Part shown: positions 32,009 to 44,503 of the stretch, in pieces | Numbering within the stretch: the stretch's first letter is position 1 | Layout of the letters: each line of letters opens with the position of its first letter | Assembly (NCBI GenBank): GCA_002256025.1 | Contig: NKIB01014352.1 | Coordinates: 1-44,503 of the forward strand | Length of the DNA stretch: 44,503 nt | Origin: Asterionella formosa | Lineage: Eukaryota | Reading direction: 5' to 3' | Position numbers and translations under genes: made by a program | Notes under the pieces: model-generated | What the model was told of the DNA's origin: nothing | Seen by the model: the letters and a program-made list of their open reading frames with translations, nothing else | Database searches by the model: none

Positions 32009-35000
32009 CTAATCTCCTCTTGAACTGTCGAGGTCCATACGTAGCTGGTGCATATTTTGATCGGCTGTATCAGGCCATTCCGTTCCTGTCCCCCTGGTTT
32101 GCATTTGTTCTGTACGTCGCCGTTGCCGAATACTCGATCGAGGAGACAGTTGATGTTGCCTAGATTGCTCTGAAGGTTGTCGCCAAATCGAGCCATGTGA
32201 TGTTGCGGTTGTTGTTGACGTCACCGATGTACCGGTAGACGATGACACAGACGAGCGGCCACTAATTCGGTGTCTTTGTTCGCGAGCCTTTTGTCGCATG
32301 GAAGAAATGGAATCGTGAGTTGGACTTTTTAAAGTCGGCAACTGTCGAGGTGTACTTCCACGTTTTAACTCTTCTTTTGAAAAATCAGAGCTTGGTTGTC
32401 CCCAATCAGCTTGAACAGGCTGACGATGACTGTCCGATGCAAAAGGTGGGTTACAGACAGCAGCATGTGGTGTTGTCTGTCGTAAAGAATTTCCCTTATT
32501 TACAGTCGTATGTGTTCCGCCACGAGAATCATTCTTCTGGTATCCATTGGGAATATCCGCGGCCTTCATAACAATGCTAATACTCGGTTGATGGTTTGAA
32601 ATTCGTAACGGAGCTTCTTTAGCAACGGGTGATGATGAAATTGGAGGCGGTTTAGCAATTGGAGGCGGTTTAGCAATTGGTGGCATCCCCTTGATTGAGG
32701 CTTGCATCTTGCGATCCTCTCGCATCTTTTTCTTCGTGCTATCGTATACTTGCTCCTTTGCTTTCTCAAAGTCCTTGCAAAAAGTTACCATGATGTTAAA
32801 AAGTTCATGTGGCTGCAAGTCTTGCCTTTCTTCTTCACCGAAGTATTCCAATAATTTCTTAAACTTAATTTTTGTTGTTTCCACCTTGTCTCGTAAACTT
32901 GATACTTTCTTTATGGCGGCCAATGTAAAGATTCCAATAGGGGTGGCACGAAGCAACTCAACTTCTTCTTCCAGTGACATTGAGCAGTCGCTCAAGCTTT
33001 CCCCATCATCGTCGACGCTGTGACTCTTCTTCTTCACACGATATGACAGCGCAAGGCGAGCCTGGTGCAAAGCAATTCTTCGAACATTTTCTAACTGGTT
33101 TTCAACTTCGTCAAGATCTGTCACACATTGATCCCAATAGACTCTATCAGCCTTCATGACAGTTGGAAGATCATCCTTGAATCTCAGAAGCAGTTCATTG
33201 TTCCTTTGAACAACAAGAATAATATAGTGCAAAAAGGTTGTTGTTTTGTCAAAGGCTTTAGCCTGACTGAGTTTCAATAGTGACTCTAACTTGAACGCAC
33301 CGGCTCGTTGTTTGCTGCTTACCCCGGCAGTATTGAGACGATTTCCGACATTAAGAACGATGCCTAGAAGTTTGCGTAACCGGACTGAATTGCTCAGTTC
33401 GTCACATGCTGTTTCGACAATAGTAGCATCTAAAGATGAAGCAGGGACAGTGAGAAATGTATTCCTTCGATGCACTTTCCCAGAATGAAACACGAACTTA
33501 CCTTTCACCAAGGAGTGGAGGCAGCTGCTGTACTGGAGTTTGAACAGCAAAGCTCTAACCTTCCGTTTGGCATACTTCACTGTCATCATCGCTACCATAA
33601 ACTTTTCACATTCGCAAAGGCCGTCAAACTTTTCAGCCGCATCTGTCCCTCCAGAAAGCATGTAGCACTCCAACGCCTTCCGTTCGTCGGAAGTTGGAAG
33701 ATATTCAATTATGTTCTGCATCTGTTCCGAAGTTAGGGCATTGTCATCTCTGTGATTTCCTACGTTAGAGTCGAAATCAAATAGAATTTAAAACCGGAAG
33801 ACAAAAGGAAATCTCAACTTACATTCGATCAACAGCATCAGCCATTTCATCGTGCGTCATTTTCAACCGTGCCAAAACTATGCCTCCATTGTTGGCCCTC
33901 TTGGAATCGATAACTCGAACTGCAGCCCCCCGTTTTGATGATACTCCTGATCTTGCTTTGTGTGCCTGCGTCGGAGCCAGCTCAGCTTGGAAAAGTTGTT
34001 CGAACTCGTCTTCGTCTATATCAATATCCTCCAGTTCTTTGTCTTGATTGATTTTCGCCCATAATGAATTGGATCGCACTTTTCTCAGTGTGTCCCAATG
34101 AAGCCGAGTTCTGCGGTGAGTATCTTTCGGAAGATTCTCCATTGAAAGGACACCTTCCTTACTGGCACCGTTTACGTTGGCTGGAAGGTCATGGTCCCTT
34201 TCCATGATCGATGGATCTATTCCATCACGCTCCATTGCATTTTGTACTGCCCCCATTGGCAAGCCCATTTTTAGCATTTTGAAATATTTTTCATACTTTG
34301 GATCGTCCCGTAATGACGGTCCCGATCCAAACCCTGCAGGTTTGTTGTGATCGCCATCCATTACAGAAGGATCAACTCCATCACGAGTCATTGCGTGCTT
34401 GACAACCTCCAATGGCATGCCAACCTTTAGCATTCTGAAATATCGATCATACTTCTGGTCATCCTTCAATGCGGGCCTAGAGTCGTCGCTTGCTGGAGGC
34501 TCTTCAGAGGCGAAAGCTAAGCTACCCGCAACTTCTGTCATTGAGTGCGAAGGCACTGATGAGATAGCCAAGTTTAATTCTTTCGCTTCATTAACCCGCG
34601 GTTGTGGGCCTTTCGCTAAACGATTGGCGAAGAAGGCATTCAATTGTTTTTTGGTGTCTTCTGCTGATGCTGAAATGCTCAATAAAGTTGGTGCCCCTTG
34701 CGAATCTTCTGAGGGTGGTGGCGGACCCATAGTAAGTGACCTGTTGGCAAACAAAGATTGCGTTGTTGGTCTAGCCGGAAGCTCATCGTCCTTGTTCGGC
34801 GGATCAGACGACTGTTGGTAATGTGGGGAAGCAGTAATCGCTGGCACGCCGCATGCCCCGTGGAGTGGGTTCATCGGTTCCGTAGCAGCAAGATTCACTT
34901 CGTGGCTATCTGGTGTCTGCGAGTAACTTGCGTCGAGCTCATCATGACTTTTGTAGGCTGACGATTGCTCTGATGGCCTGACGACGGGGGCCCGGAATTG

Positions 35001-37520
35001 AGTAATCTTGCTCCCCATCGATATTTTTTTTAATCCATTAAAGGTCTGTATCCCCGAGTCTGCCTCGACATCACCAAAACCATTGTCCTTAACCATGGAT
35101 GCCTTTTGCTTGTTGGCTGCAATTCGCTTTCTAATCAGAGCAGCGACGTCCAAGCTTTTCGATGTCTTGGTCTCTTCTTCTGCTTTCTTTCGCCGTTCCT
35201 CCTCGCGCTGCTCCCGAAGTTGCCCTTCTCTGATTTCTCTGTACGTTAGTTTCCTCGCCTGGTTCTGAGGGGGCGCCTTTTCAGTCTCACTATCGCTTTC
35301 ATACTTTTCAACCACTGGTTGCTGTTTTCTAAGCTCCATTTCCCGGTGCCCCTGGTGAGTCAAGGAACTCTTGTCCGGTTCATGATGGTGTTCCTTGTCG
35401 TAGTGGTCATCGTCCTTTTGATCGGAGCCTAAGTCTTGCCATTCGATATCGTCATGATGCTGCGGTTGTTGTTGCGACGGACTTTCGAATTTCGAGACCC
35501 AACTTGTGTTTCGCAGTTTTACTCCTGACGGAAAGACCGATTGTCCAATATCCGATTGACTTTCACGAGCAGATGATTGTGTCTGTTCATAGCCACGGAG
35601 CAGGCTTGAAACGGAAATTGTTCCTGTACTCATTCTGAATGATTCCATTACATCGGATTTTGAAGAAGGAATGTCGACTCTTAAATGAGTAGGTTTCAAT
35701 CGCTCACGGTGACTGGACAGGGACTTGCGTTGTTGTGTACATTCTTGGACTCGTTTCTGTTGCTCTGACACTACTTCCTTTTGGACGCTACGCAAATTCT
35801 TGGATTTGCCGATAAGATTGTCATTGGCTTGCCATGGTGCCGGGTTGCTTCGGCGAAGGGCATTTGTGCCTTCTTTCTTTCGACTCTGACTATGTTCCCA
35901 CTTTTGCTTCAGAGATGCATCAGATTTGTCACTTGGAGTAACTACAACTTCCTCTTTCTTTTCTTCGAATAACTCCTGCGATTTCTTATTCTTTTTCCCC
36001 GTGACCTCTATTGGAATCTCCAACTCATCATCATCATCTAAACGCATCCTTATTTCTGAATTTACCCCAACATCGGATTGAATCGCCATATCAGAAGGAG
36101 CTCCCGTCGATGAAGGTACATCAACATCTGATCGACCACCAACATCAGATCTATTCCCAGTCTCGAATTGAGATTGCGCCATATTAGGAATGGATGATGG
36201 ACTTGTTCGGTATATTCCAAAATCTGCCCAGTTAGCATCTGATGGTGGAATTCGCTTTGTGGAATTCCCAGACCAGCCCGCCTCCTCCTTGAATATATTT
36301 CTTCGTCCTATCCCGTCCTTTTTATCAGTCCATTCTGTGAGCGAAGATGGATCACTCGGGACCGGGGATGCAGACATCATGGTCGGTACTGTTACCCGAA
36401 AACCATTTTCAAAGCCATCTTCGTCAACAGGCGTTGAGCTTCGGCTGTCATCGGCAACGGAGCCGGCCGGTGAATCAAAGGATTGCGGTGGAAATTCGTC
36501 TTGATAAAACAGGGAAGTTGATTGTAGTTCTTGAATAGCCAGAGAGACTTCTTCGTCGACTACTTGTTCATCCAAACCAAATGCATCAAAGGTAAAACCT
36601 TGATAATCAAAGGAAGTAAGAAATAAATTTGTTTCTGAGGTCTCGTGGCTGTTAACTGATACACCCGACGGGTAGTCAATCGCCGCTCTTGGTGTCTGCG
36701 CGTAATTGGTTAAGTGATTGGTCAAGTTTTGTGATCTACCAACAGAGCCTCTAGAAACATTAGAGGATGCCGACGTATTGGACAAGCTCCTGTTCATGGA
36801 ATAAGGTGAACTAGATGGAGTCTCCTGACAGTCCCCTATACCTAGATCGCTGTTGCTCCCGGTGGGCTCCTGCTGTCGACGTGCGCGCCGTCGAGCAGCA
36901 GCTCCAGCCGATATAGCTGTCGTTGTACCAGAACCACTCGAATTGTGTAAATTACGAGCGTTCATGGTTGAATTAGACGGGAGGGTGGGCATTGAATTGA
37001 TTGAACTGCTCGAATTGAGTGAATTACGAGCGTTTATGGTTGAATTAGACGAGAGGATGGGCATTGAATTGATCGATGTATCCTCCAAGTTCCGTCGCCT
37101 TCCTTCCGAGCTGTCCGACATGACACTTTCCAATCGGCCACTACCTTGATGTTTTTCTACAAACAATTCGAGAGGAGATTTTATGTGACGCCGCTCCTTT
37201 GGATCTTCGAAAAACCCAGTGGCAGAACCGATACTGCTAGTAGCTATTGAAAAAGAATCCGAACTTTCCGTTGGGCTTAGCTTTGATTTGGGAGTCATTG
37301 GTACCTGATTGGTAGTTGATTCAATTGATCGACTGCTACTCACGGCCTTCGCAATCTGTTTGTGTTGTTCTCTCGTTCGTTTCATGCTAGCTGTGCTTGC
37401 TCGTTGGTCCGGAGAATAACTTAAAAACGCAAAGGAACGTCGCTTGGAGTTTTCCTTTTCGAGAGGTGCGGGCGTCTTCCTCTCTTGCTTCTGAGAAGGT
37501 GCTCCAATTAGTCGTCGCAT
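32009..37520 (-). CDS. Formin (FH2 domain) with two CCDC53/WASHC3-C-terminal-like repeats (~1788 aa; introns 33750-33822 and 33430-33501)
   Basis: FH2 motifs RLHWDTL, SLWAKI, VIDSKRANNGGIVLARLK, LLGIVLNVGNRLN, AGAFKLESLLKL and TTFLHYI; two LKDD.KY..YF.MLK.G.P...V..AM.RDG.DPS.M units. Both GT-AG introns give in-frame joins. Confidence 0.92.
36940..37075 (-). repeat. 72-bp in-frame tandem duplication in formin N-terminal region
   Basis: SINSMPILSSNSTINARN / SINSMPTLPSNSTMNARN. Confidence 0.85.
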
Positions 37521-39774
37521 GGTGCCAAGAAAGGAGAGTATTCACTGTGGAATATACACAGAGTTGATGCTTTTGAAAGAGGTGTGGCCCTTTTGTTTCA
37601 AGGAGACAGCACTCTATTCCTTTTGACTCGCCAAAGTATCTGATGTGCTTTTCAGTCAAGCTCGCTGCTGTTGCACGTACTAAAATAGATCAACAAAACA
37701 GTCCAGATGAACCTTCCTTACACACAAGACTGTCTGGATTAACGGGGAATTGCTATAGGAAAGAAAACCAATGTCAGCGGCCCAGACAGAGCATTCTCAT
37801 TGTGTTAACGACAACTTCTATATCGATGGGCTCCCGGTCAAAAAGCCAGGTAGCCATCAGGAGGAGTGGCGTCGTTGTTGGGTCTGCGCGAGCTGGACTT
37901 GCGGTTTCATGCTGTGAGAAGCCGTAATAGAAAAACTCTCGGCGGTTAAAACGGTTAAATCAGGGTCGAAATGACATAAAAATATCAGAGAGTGAAGAAG
38001 TACCGGTATCATATTTGCGAGGTGAAGGAATCATCGTGATTGATTGACATGAAAGAATAGAAGAAACTGTGTAATATGTATTCATAATACTAATACACAC
38101 ATAAGAATTATATCCCGCAAACCTCTTGCTATTACAAATTATTTTTCGGGCTTTGTGGAGTAGTAAAAACGGTTGTAGGCAAGAGCAAACGACGACATAC
38201 GTGCAGACGCGCACGCTCCGAAGTACACGCTAACAATAAGCCATGCGTCACATTTAAGTCCTGCAAGGAAGCAGTTGTAATGGGTGAAGGATTAGCAAAG
38301 AGGCATGAAGGGGTTTACTGGTACATATGCGGACAAGGCTCGAACATAGTTATCTCATTGTTTTGCAGATTCTTATAGAAATTATGAACTCTATTTGACC
38401 ACCATAGGTAGTCATAGAGCATCTCCCAGAACGTCAGGGATGACCATTCAACACCCTTTCATTGTTGTGACCAAGGAACATCCTATCACACAATTCAGTA
38501 GCAGTTCGTCTGCAAATAAAAACCATCATATTCCCATGATGCATCATAGGATTGTGATCATCTGATCATAATTTTTCGTCATATCATCTAATAATTTTAA
38601 TAAATGCCCTCGTAATTTAAATAGTAACCCTTTTGACTACTACCGGTATGTACATTTAATTATTATATATATTGTTTCTATTAGAGTCCTGTATTATAAT
38701 TTCTTGGTAGAATAATGTACCAGCTAAAGCAATGTAATTGGCCTGTCATCTCCATCCATCATCACTCTGATTTTTGCAACAACAACGAAATACTAGCGAT
38801 GACAAATGGAATTATTGCTGGCGATAACGTCTTCAATTATTGGTCAAGAAGTGATCATTATATCTTTGAGTAATCGTCATGTGCAGTGAACCTATGTTCA
38901 TAATCATTCAATTAAGAGTTTACAGGGAAAAATCATTCAAACTAGGAATGATTCTGCGCACAGCGCAGATAGTAAATCCGTTTTGTCGACCACCAGCGCA
39001 TGACAATCTCGCAAATCAACTTGTAAACAAATACATTCTACTTGTTCTTGTTGACATTTTTAATTCTCACATGATACTACATCTACAATTGAGATTCAGC
39101 ATAGAAGGAGATACAAATGTAACAGACTGCTGTCTACATAATTATAGTTATAGTTAGTATAGAATAATTCTGATTACAATTTCTTTTTCGTATCGCTCGT
39201 TTCCGCATTTGGGATGCTGTACTTGTATTCACTGTTGATCTTGTCCGCATCTTTGTGACCATCAATAGAGCGACAAGTGGCTCTCATCATTGTTGTTTGC
39301 TCATGGAAAACCTGCCCGGTATCCGTATCATCAACAATAGAGGGACGAATATCCTTCATCATTATCATTGTGGTTTGCCGCAGGAAAAGTTTGATATCCG
39401 TTTCCTGATTTGCTTGTTGGAACTGTCCGTTGCCTCAAACCTGCTTAGCGTGTGCGTACGTAGTACTCTATCGACTTGTGTACATTACAGCAGTGACTTA
39501 GCTACTAAAGTGCGTGTTTTATTATCATACTCCGTAGTACAATAAAGAATACAGTTCCCAATCAACATTGAATGATTGATAAGATGATAATGTGATATTA
39601 CAATAGCAGGGTTACTTCGATACATAGCTACATCACCAATATATGATACGTAATATTGAATAATGGTTATCACGTAGCGATGATACATTGATCATAGAAC
39701 TATGATGATTTCTTAAAATGTTTATGATATATTTTTAGATAATAAATAATTTTTATAGCGCATTAGTACTAGCC

Positions 39775-42700
39775 TCGCTACAGGGGAATCGTATTCATTG
39801 CGCTTCATGACCCTGAAAAGTTTGGGCGGGGGTATAGGTTGGGTGTTGGTAGTCACTCCCTCGTGTAGTTGTTTGCTGGTGGTAAAAACAATTTGGGTCA
39901 TCTATGATCAGTTCCTGATGTGTAGATACCGCCGTTTGTATACGCGGGTCTGTAACCAGGGAGTTGTCTGTTGTTCGTGTGCTAGGTTCTCTCCTGGATT
40001 CCCTATTTGGTTGAAGTATTGTCTTAAGGTTGTTTGTCCTGTGGCTGTGAATTGTTTAGACGCTTCTAGAATAAAAACCGCCATTTCCAAAAATTGTCTC
40101 TTTTTGCTCTTTCTTGATTTCAAAAGCGTCTCCAATTCTACGAAACAAATGTGCCTGTCGCGGTTACATATTTCAGTTTGGAGTTTATTAATTCCTCAGA
40201 TCCATTCATTCTGTGACGATTGTGCTATATCATCGTGTCTCCTTCTGTGAAGTTCATCATTCCTGGCTTTCCAGGAGCAATCTGTGGCGCTCCACAGTTG
40301 CATAATTGCTGTACTGGCCCATTTACCTCCATTCTGTCCTATAGAGGTTTTGTCACCAGAATCATTTCTGCTTCTTGCGAGGTTCCATTTCTTGCTCAGA
40401 TAGCCTCTCAGTGTGAGCTTTACCCCCAGTGCTATTTGCTGATCTATCGCCTCGCGTAGCCTTTCTTTTGTGATGTCCAGAGTACTATCATATGGAGGGT
40501 ATTTGATGATAGAAGCTCCTTGTTCTCTCTGCACCATGATGTGTGTCAATAGTGCTATCCAGACCTTGGTAACTGCAGATCCCCCGCTTGTCTCATTATC
40601 TTTGAAGTCATTGCCGTTACTCTAAATCATTGGTGTCATAGAGCTCTTTTGTCCTGGCATAGGAGCATTGCTTCGTTTTGTTCTTGCATGCTGCAGTAGG
40701 GGCAGTCATCCTTAGTACCCTGTTCAATCAGTCTTCTTCTAGAGCCACATGGAAACCATCCATTAACAAATTTTGTAATGAACGCCTGAATTTTGCTGTC
40801 TTGTGCCATGTATACTGACCTGAAGACAAGGTTTTCCAGTCGATATGTCCCTCATAGTTTTGATGACAGGTTAGTATGTTTCATCTTAAAGTAACTGTCA
40901 TACTGCTTTGTTTGTATAACAAGGCACGATATTGACGAGCACACCCTACTTGGAACTCTCTTGCCGTTGTTTATCAAGCTTGCCTGTATGGCGTGAAAAT
41001 GGGCTAAGTTGCTGAGAGGTCGTCCATCCTCCTTTCTTGTTTTGTGGTCTGTCAGGAATGTGGTGGTTAGTTTGTCCGCCTTTACATTCATGGCCACTTC
41101 TGACGACAGTTTCGTGTTGCTGCCTTCGTTTTGATGGGCCTTAATCCACCTAATTGTCGTTTTTACTGAAAGCTTTCTGATGAGGGCGGCTATGGACGAA
41201 ACTATATCCGCATTTGCCGGAGGTCGTCCTGGGTGTGGCGTCCATTATAGGAAGTTTAACCTCGCAAGTGATGCTACGCTGTCACTCCATATTTGTACTT
41301 CTGCATCTGTGTCTATCTGGTAGAATTTGATTGTTAAGGTCAGAAACAATAAACTAGACGCAATCCCAAACAATTCTGCTCTTTTAGAACTATTTGTCTT
41401 AGTATCCCTATCTACCGGGCCTGAGCATATCGCTATCACGTCTCCTATGGTTTCTTGTGTCCTGAGTAGTTTGAGACAACAGCCAAATGAGAGCATCTGT
41501 CATCTGCCTGCATTGATCCATCTGTCGCTATCCTTATCATTAAGCCCAGTCTAAGATGCCTGAGGAGCCTGTCTTTTCCCGAGCTGGAAAAGTGAAGATG
41601 TGCGTTCCAAAAGTCTACGTGATGTGCCGGAAGGGCCTTGAATGTAGCTTGGTAGGTCCCTGGTGTTGTATTGAGGTGTTTCTGCCTGTCTTGCTTCAGC
41701 CTACACTGAATGCGTCCAGTCGAGAGAAGATCGCAATGATTGCTCTCTATTGGTGGTCGCCTCTTTCTTGTATGTCCTGCTGTGCTTGTGTCGAATTCAA
41801 TCTTGTAAGTTGCTTGACGAGAGATATTTCTGTGGGTGGACCACCGGATGCCCCCCTCTAGTACTCTGGAGTATATCCACAGTGTTATTTTTGTTTGTAT
41901 ATGCATCCTGGTATCCCATTTAATTGAGGATTCCTAGTAGTACATGCGATTTTCGGGGTGTGGCGGTAGCTAATTGTGCAAAATTGATGAAGCTTCCTAT
42001 TGAATCATAGTCGACTTTTGCGGGTGCTACCGCTATCCTCCCTGCTGCTGAGGTTGCTATCAATTTTGTATCTTGTTGTTTGTAGCCGCGCTTTCTTTGA
42101 CTGAGCTTTGTTTTGTACTGGAGCGTGTTGGATCTCCAGTGTGAAGATAGTTTGCTGATCGTTATCCTTTTCCTAAGGTAAAGTTCACTCCACTTCCCGA
42201 AATGTATGAATCTACTGCACTGTCATCGAAAGATGTGGCTTTAGAGGAGATTGACAAGGAAGGGAACGTGCTATCAAGCTCAGCAAAGATATCATCCAAC
42301 TTGCTTCTCCATCATGTTTGTGAACAATTTGTGGCTGATGAAATGCTGTTGTTCCTTCCTGTAGTGATTCCATCTCATTATGTAAATCACGTACATTCAG
42401 GTCTGGGAATGTTTCTTTAGCCACCATGAGCAAGTGATATCTAACCTTGTACATCTGAACCTTCTTGCATCTCATGCTGGCCAAAATTGCCGTCTTTGTG
42501 CATGTGGCACCACCACGTCGAACATATTATTGCCTTCCTTCTCAAGAAGATTTCTCAGGATCTACCCCACTGATATAGTAGTAAACTCATTTTTATGGGC
42601 TGCATCCTTGCTTGGACACAATCATCTCTTCCAATCCTCGAAGATTGTGTGGGATGAAAGGCAGTGATCAAGTTCTTTTCAAATGCAAGTTGACATCATT

Positions 42701-43586
42701 GGATAAACTTATAATTTGCATCTGCTGTACTCTTGAGCATTGCCAAGGGAATGAATCGCAAAAGAGGTCTTGTCCAGTCCTTGTTCGCAATGACCGTGCA
42801 ATATAGCTTGTTTTGTCAGTGCTGTACAAGCAAGCCTCAGCGCAATCCTCTTTTTTAGAACAAATAGCAGTAGCAAATTCCGATGGAGATATTTCAGAAG
42901 AGCCGTGTATTTTTGACCAGGTTACTTGAATGGGGATTTCCTTATTTTTAGAATGAATAATTTTTTTTAGTGAGATGCTTTGCTAGCTCGATTGGATTTT
43001 CCGCTGCCATTCTACCGTACAATACTCCCACCTTACCACTGGAGATATCCCACATGGAGCCTCCGATAGTACAGATAAATTGGATACTTTGATAGTACTA
43101 ACTTGTGAAATTTATTGTTTCCAATAATATCTAATTGCTGAGGTGTTTGCAGATGAAGTAGTAATCCTTAGTTAACACGCCTTTGTGCATATAGTGTCTG
43201 ATGACTCGAGTTTCAATTGAAGCTGGAATGTTACCCTGCTTTCTTGTGATAGGGTCAAGCAAGCAACTTGGATGTAACTGGAGCAATGATTTGAACGGAT
43301 GGTACTTCTTTGAGAATATCCTTGAGTAATGCCCGGATCATAGCCATGATAGATTCGTCGTTTTGCTTGCTAGCTATATATATATTGATTATTTTGTTTC
43401 GCCAAAGATTGAGGATAAGTTGTTGTCAAGGTGTATGTAGGATCACAGTGCGTGTTGTTCGGAGACTTCGGCCGCCATGATAGGGTCCTGCTCCTCTTGC
43501 TCCAAATCCTTCACCTGTAAACGTCGGTTGTCCGTAATCACCTGATTTTCTGGAAGTACTCGCATCTGTTCATTAACCTGGAGCTC

Positions 43587-43659
<73 letters not shown>

Positions 43660-43850
43660 ATTGTTGTCTTTGGTTGTGTGAATACCATATTCTTTGTTTT
43701 GGGAGATCCCGGTAGGTTCTGCAATTCGACATCTGGTGAACTGTGCTGTGTTGGGCTGGCTTGCTGGCATCAGAGCTAGTCTTGGATCATCTGTTTGTCT
43801 ATCCGGCCACAACATTGGACGTTTTGTACCTGTTCCTGTTTTTACAGGTG
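39775..43850 (-). mobile_element. Degenerate non-LTR retrotransposon with RNase H (L1/Ambal-like diatom type), internally deleted
   Basis: RNase H motifs IATDGS, SSKRAELFG, IWSDS, RWIKAHQ and NVKADKL; C-terminal CPYC and QLW..WKARNDELH. Many stops and frameshifts. No RT core recognised; 42850-43850 is tentatively ORF1-like. Boundaries approximate. Confidence 0.75.
43588..43667. repeat. (GTT/AAC)n microsatellite, ~26 units
   Basis: Seen directly. Confidence 0.98.
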
Positions 43851-43869
43851 AACTTCATCTAAGACGCCA

Positions 43870-44070
43870 TTTACGGAACTTTTTCGAATTTATGTCTAAA
43901 GTGACTTATTTATGCTACTTTTTTAAGATATTATGTTACTTTTTTGAAATATTATGTCACTTTTTCCCTAATTTATTCGGGTTAAACAAAAATTTATTTC
44001 ACTTATCGAATAATTATGTGATCACACCAATAATTACGTGTGTTGGTGACATTATATGTTGACCAACTAG
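43870..44070 (+). mobile_element. Second candidate Helitron-like 3' end with ~21-bp subterminal repeats
   Basis: Three ttatg..actttttt units (43909-43965), overlapping imperfect hairpins 44025-44067 and terminal CTAG (44067-44070) followed by C. Confidence 0.3.
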
Positions 44071-44503
44071 CCATCGCCACAGTATAAAAGCGAAAATGTG
44101 CTGCTCCGCTGGAATATTATGCTGCTTTCACCATATAATGAACGAAAGAGTCGCCAATTCCGATTCAAGAGGAAGATTCACACAGTAGAATTGAGCACAG
44201 GTAGTAGTAGTTGATGTTGTAGACACATTGTTTAGTCATTGTTGATTGTATAGATTACAATAGCCTGCCAGATTTGAAATAAAGCACCACCATGCATTGG
44301 TCCTCGTTGAGCATCATTGAGCATTGCATGTCCCCGTAGTGAATCGAAATTGAGATGTGCCACAATGGCCTTCTCTGTTTCGGAGCAGCTACAAATAGTC
44401 TACAGCGATAACTCTAGCAAGTACAATATAGAAAAAGATGGAAAGGATGAGTAGCTGACAATAAGGAATTGAATCCGTTATTTCGTTAAGAAACAGCTGT
44501 TGC

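Noticed and set aside
17915..37149. Numerous short antisense or alternate-frame ORFs overlapping the main genes
   Set aside because: Shadow ORFs with no independent motifs; many use non-ATG starts.
43443..43815. Poly-Thr/poly-Asn proteins
   Set aside because: Translations of an (AAC)n microsatellite within a decayed element.
44071..44503. Possible gene fragment on the minus strand at the right edge
   Set aside because: No ORF of useful length and no recognisable motif.

Overview
Eukaryotic genomic DNA, most likely a diatom or related stramenopile. This rests on short 72-84 bp GT-AG introns, an ASAFAP-type bipartite plastid presequence and diatom-type transposons. A gene-rich core (~15-37.5 kb) encodes a secreted Cys-rich repeat protein, an acidic orphan, plastid PNPase, a DGDG synthase, an Ecdysoneless/SGT1 homolog with a downstream partial duplicate, and a large formin. 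The flanks are transposon graveyards. They contain a frameshifted pogo-like transposon with a convergent accessory ORF nested in a tyrosine-recombinase (Ngaro/PAT-like) retroelement, a second inverted copy of that retroelement, a non-autonomous pogo derivative with 28-bp TIRs, a gag relic, hairpin+CTAG Helitron-like ends and an internally deleted RNase H-bearing non-LTR element. The most striking cross-cutting signal is a pervasive TA to TA(N1-5)TA micro-insertion pattern resembling transposon excision footprints. It breaks at least one reading frame and piles up as TACCWGGTA clusters upstream of genes. Family assignments come from motif recognition only; no database searches were run.
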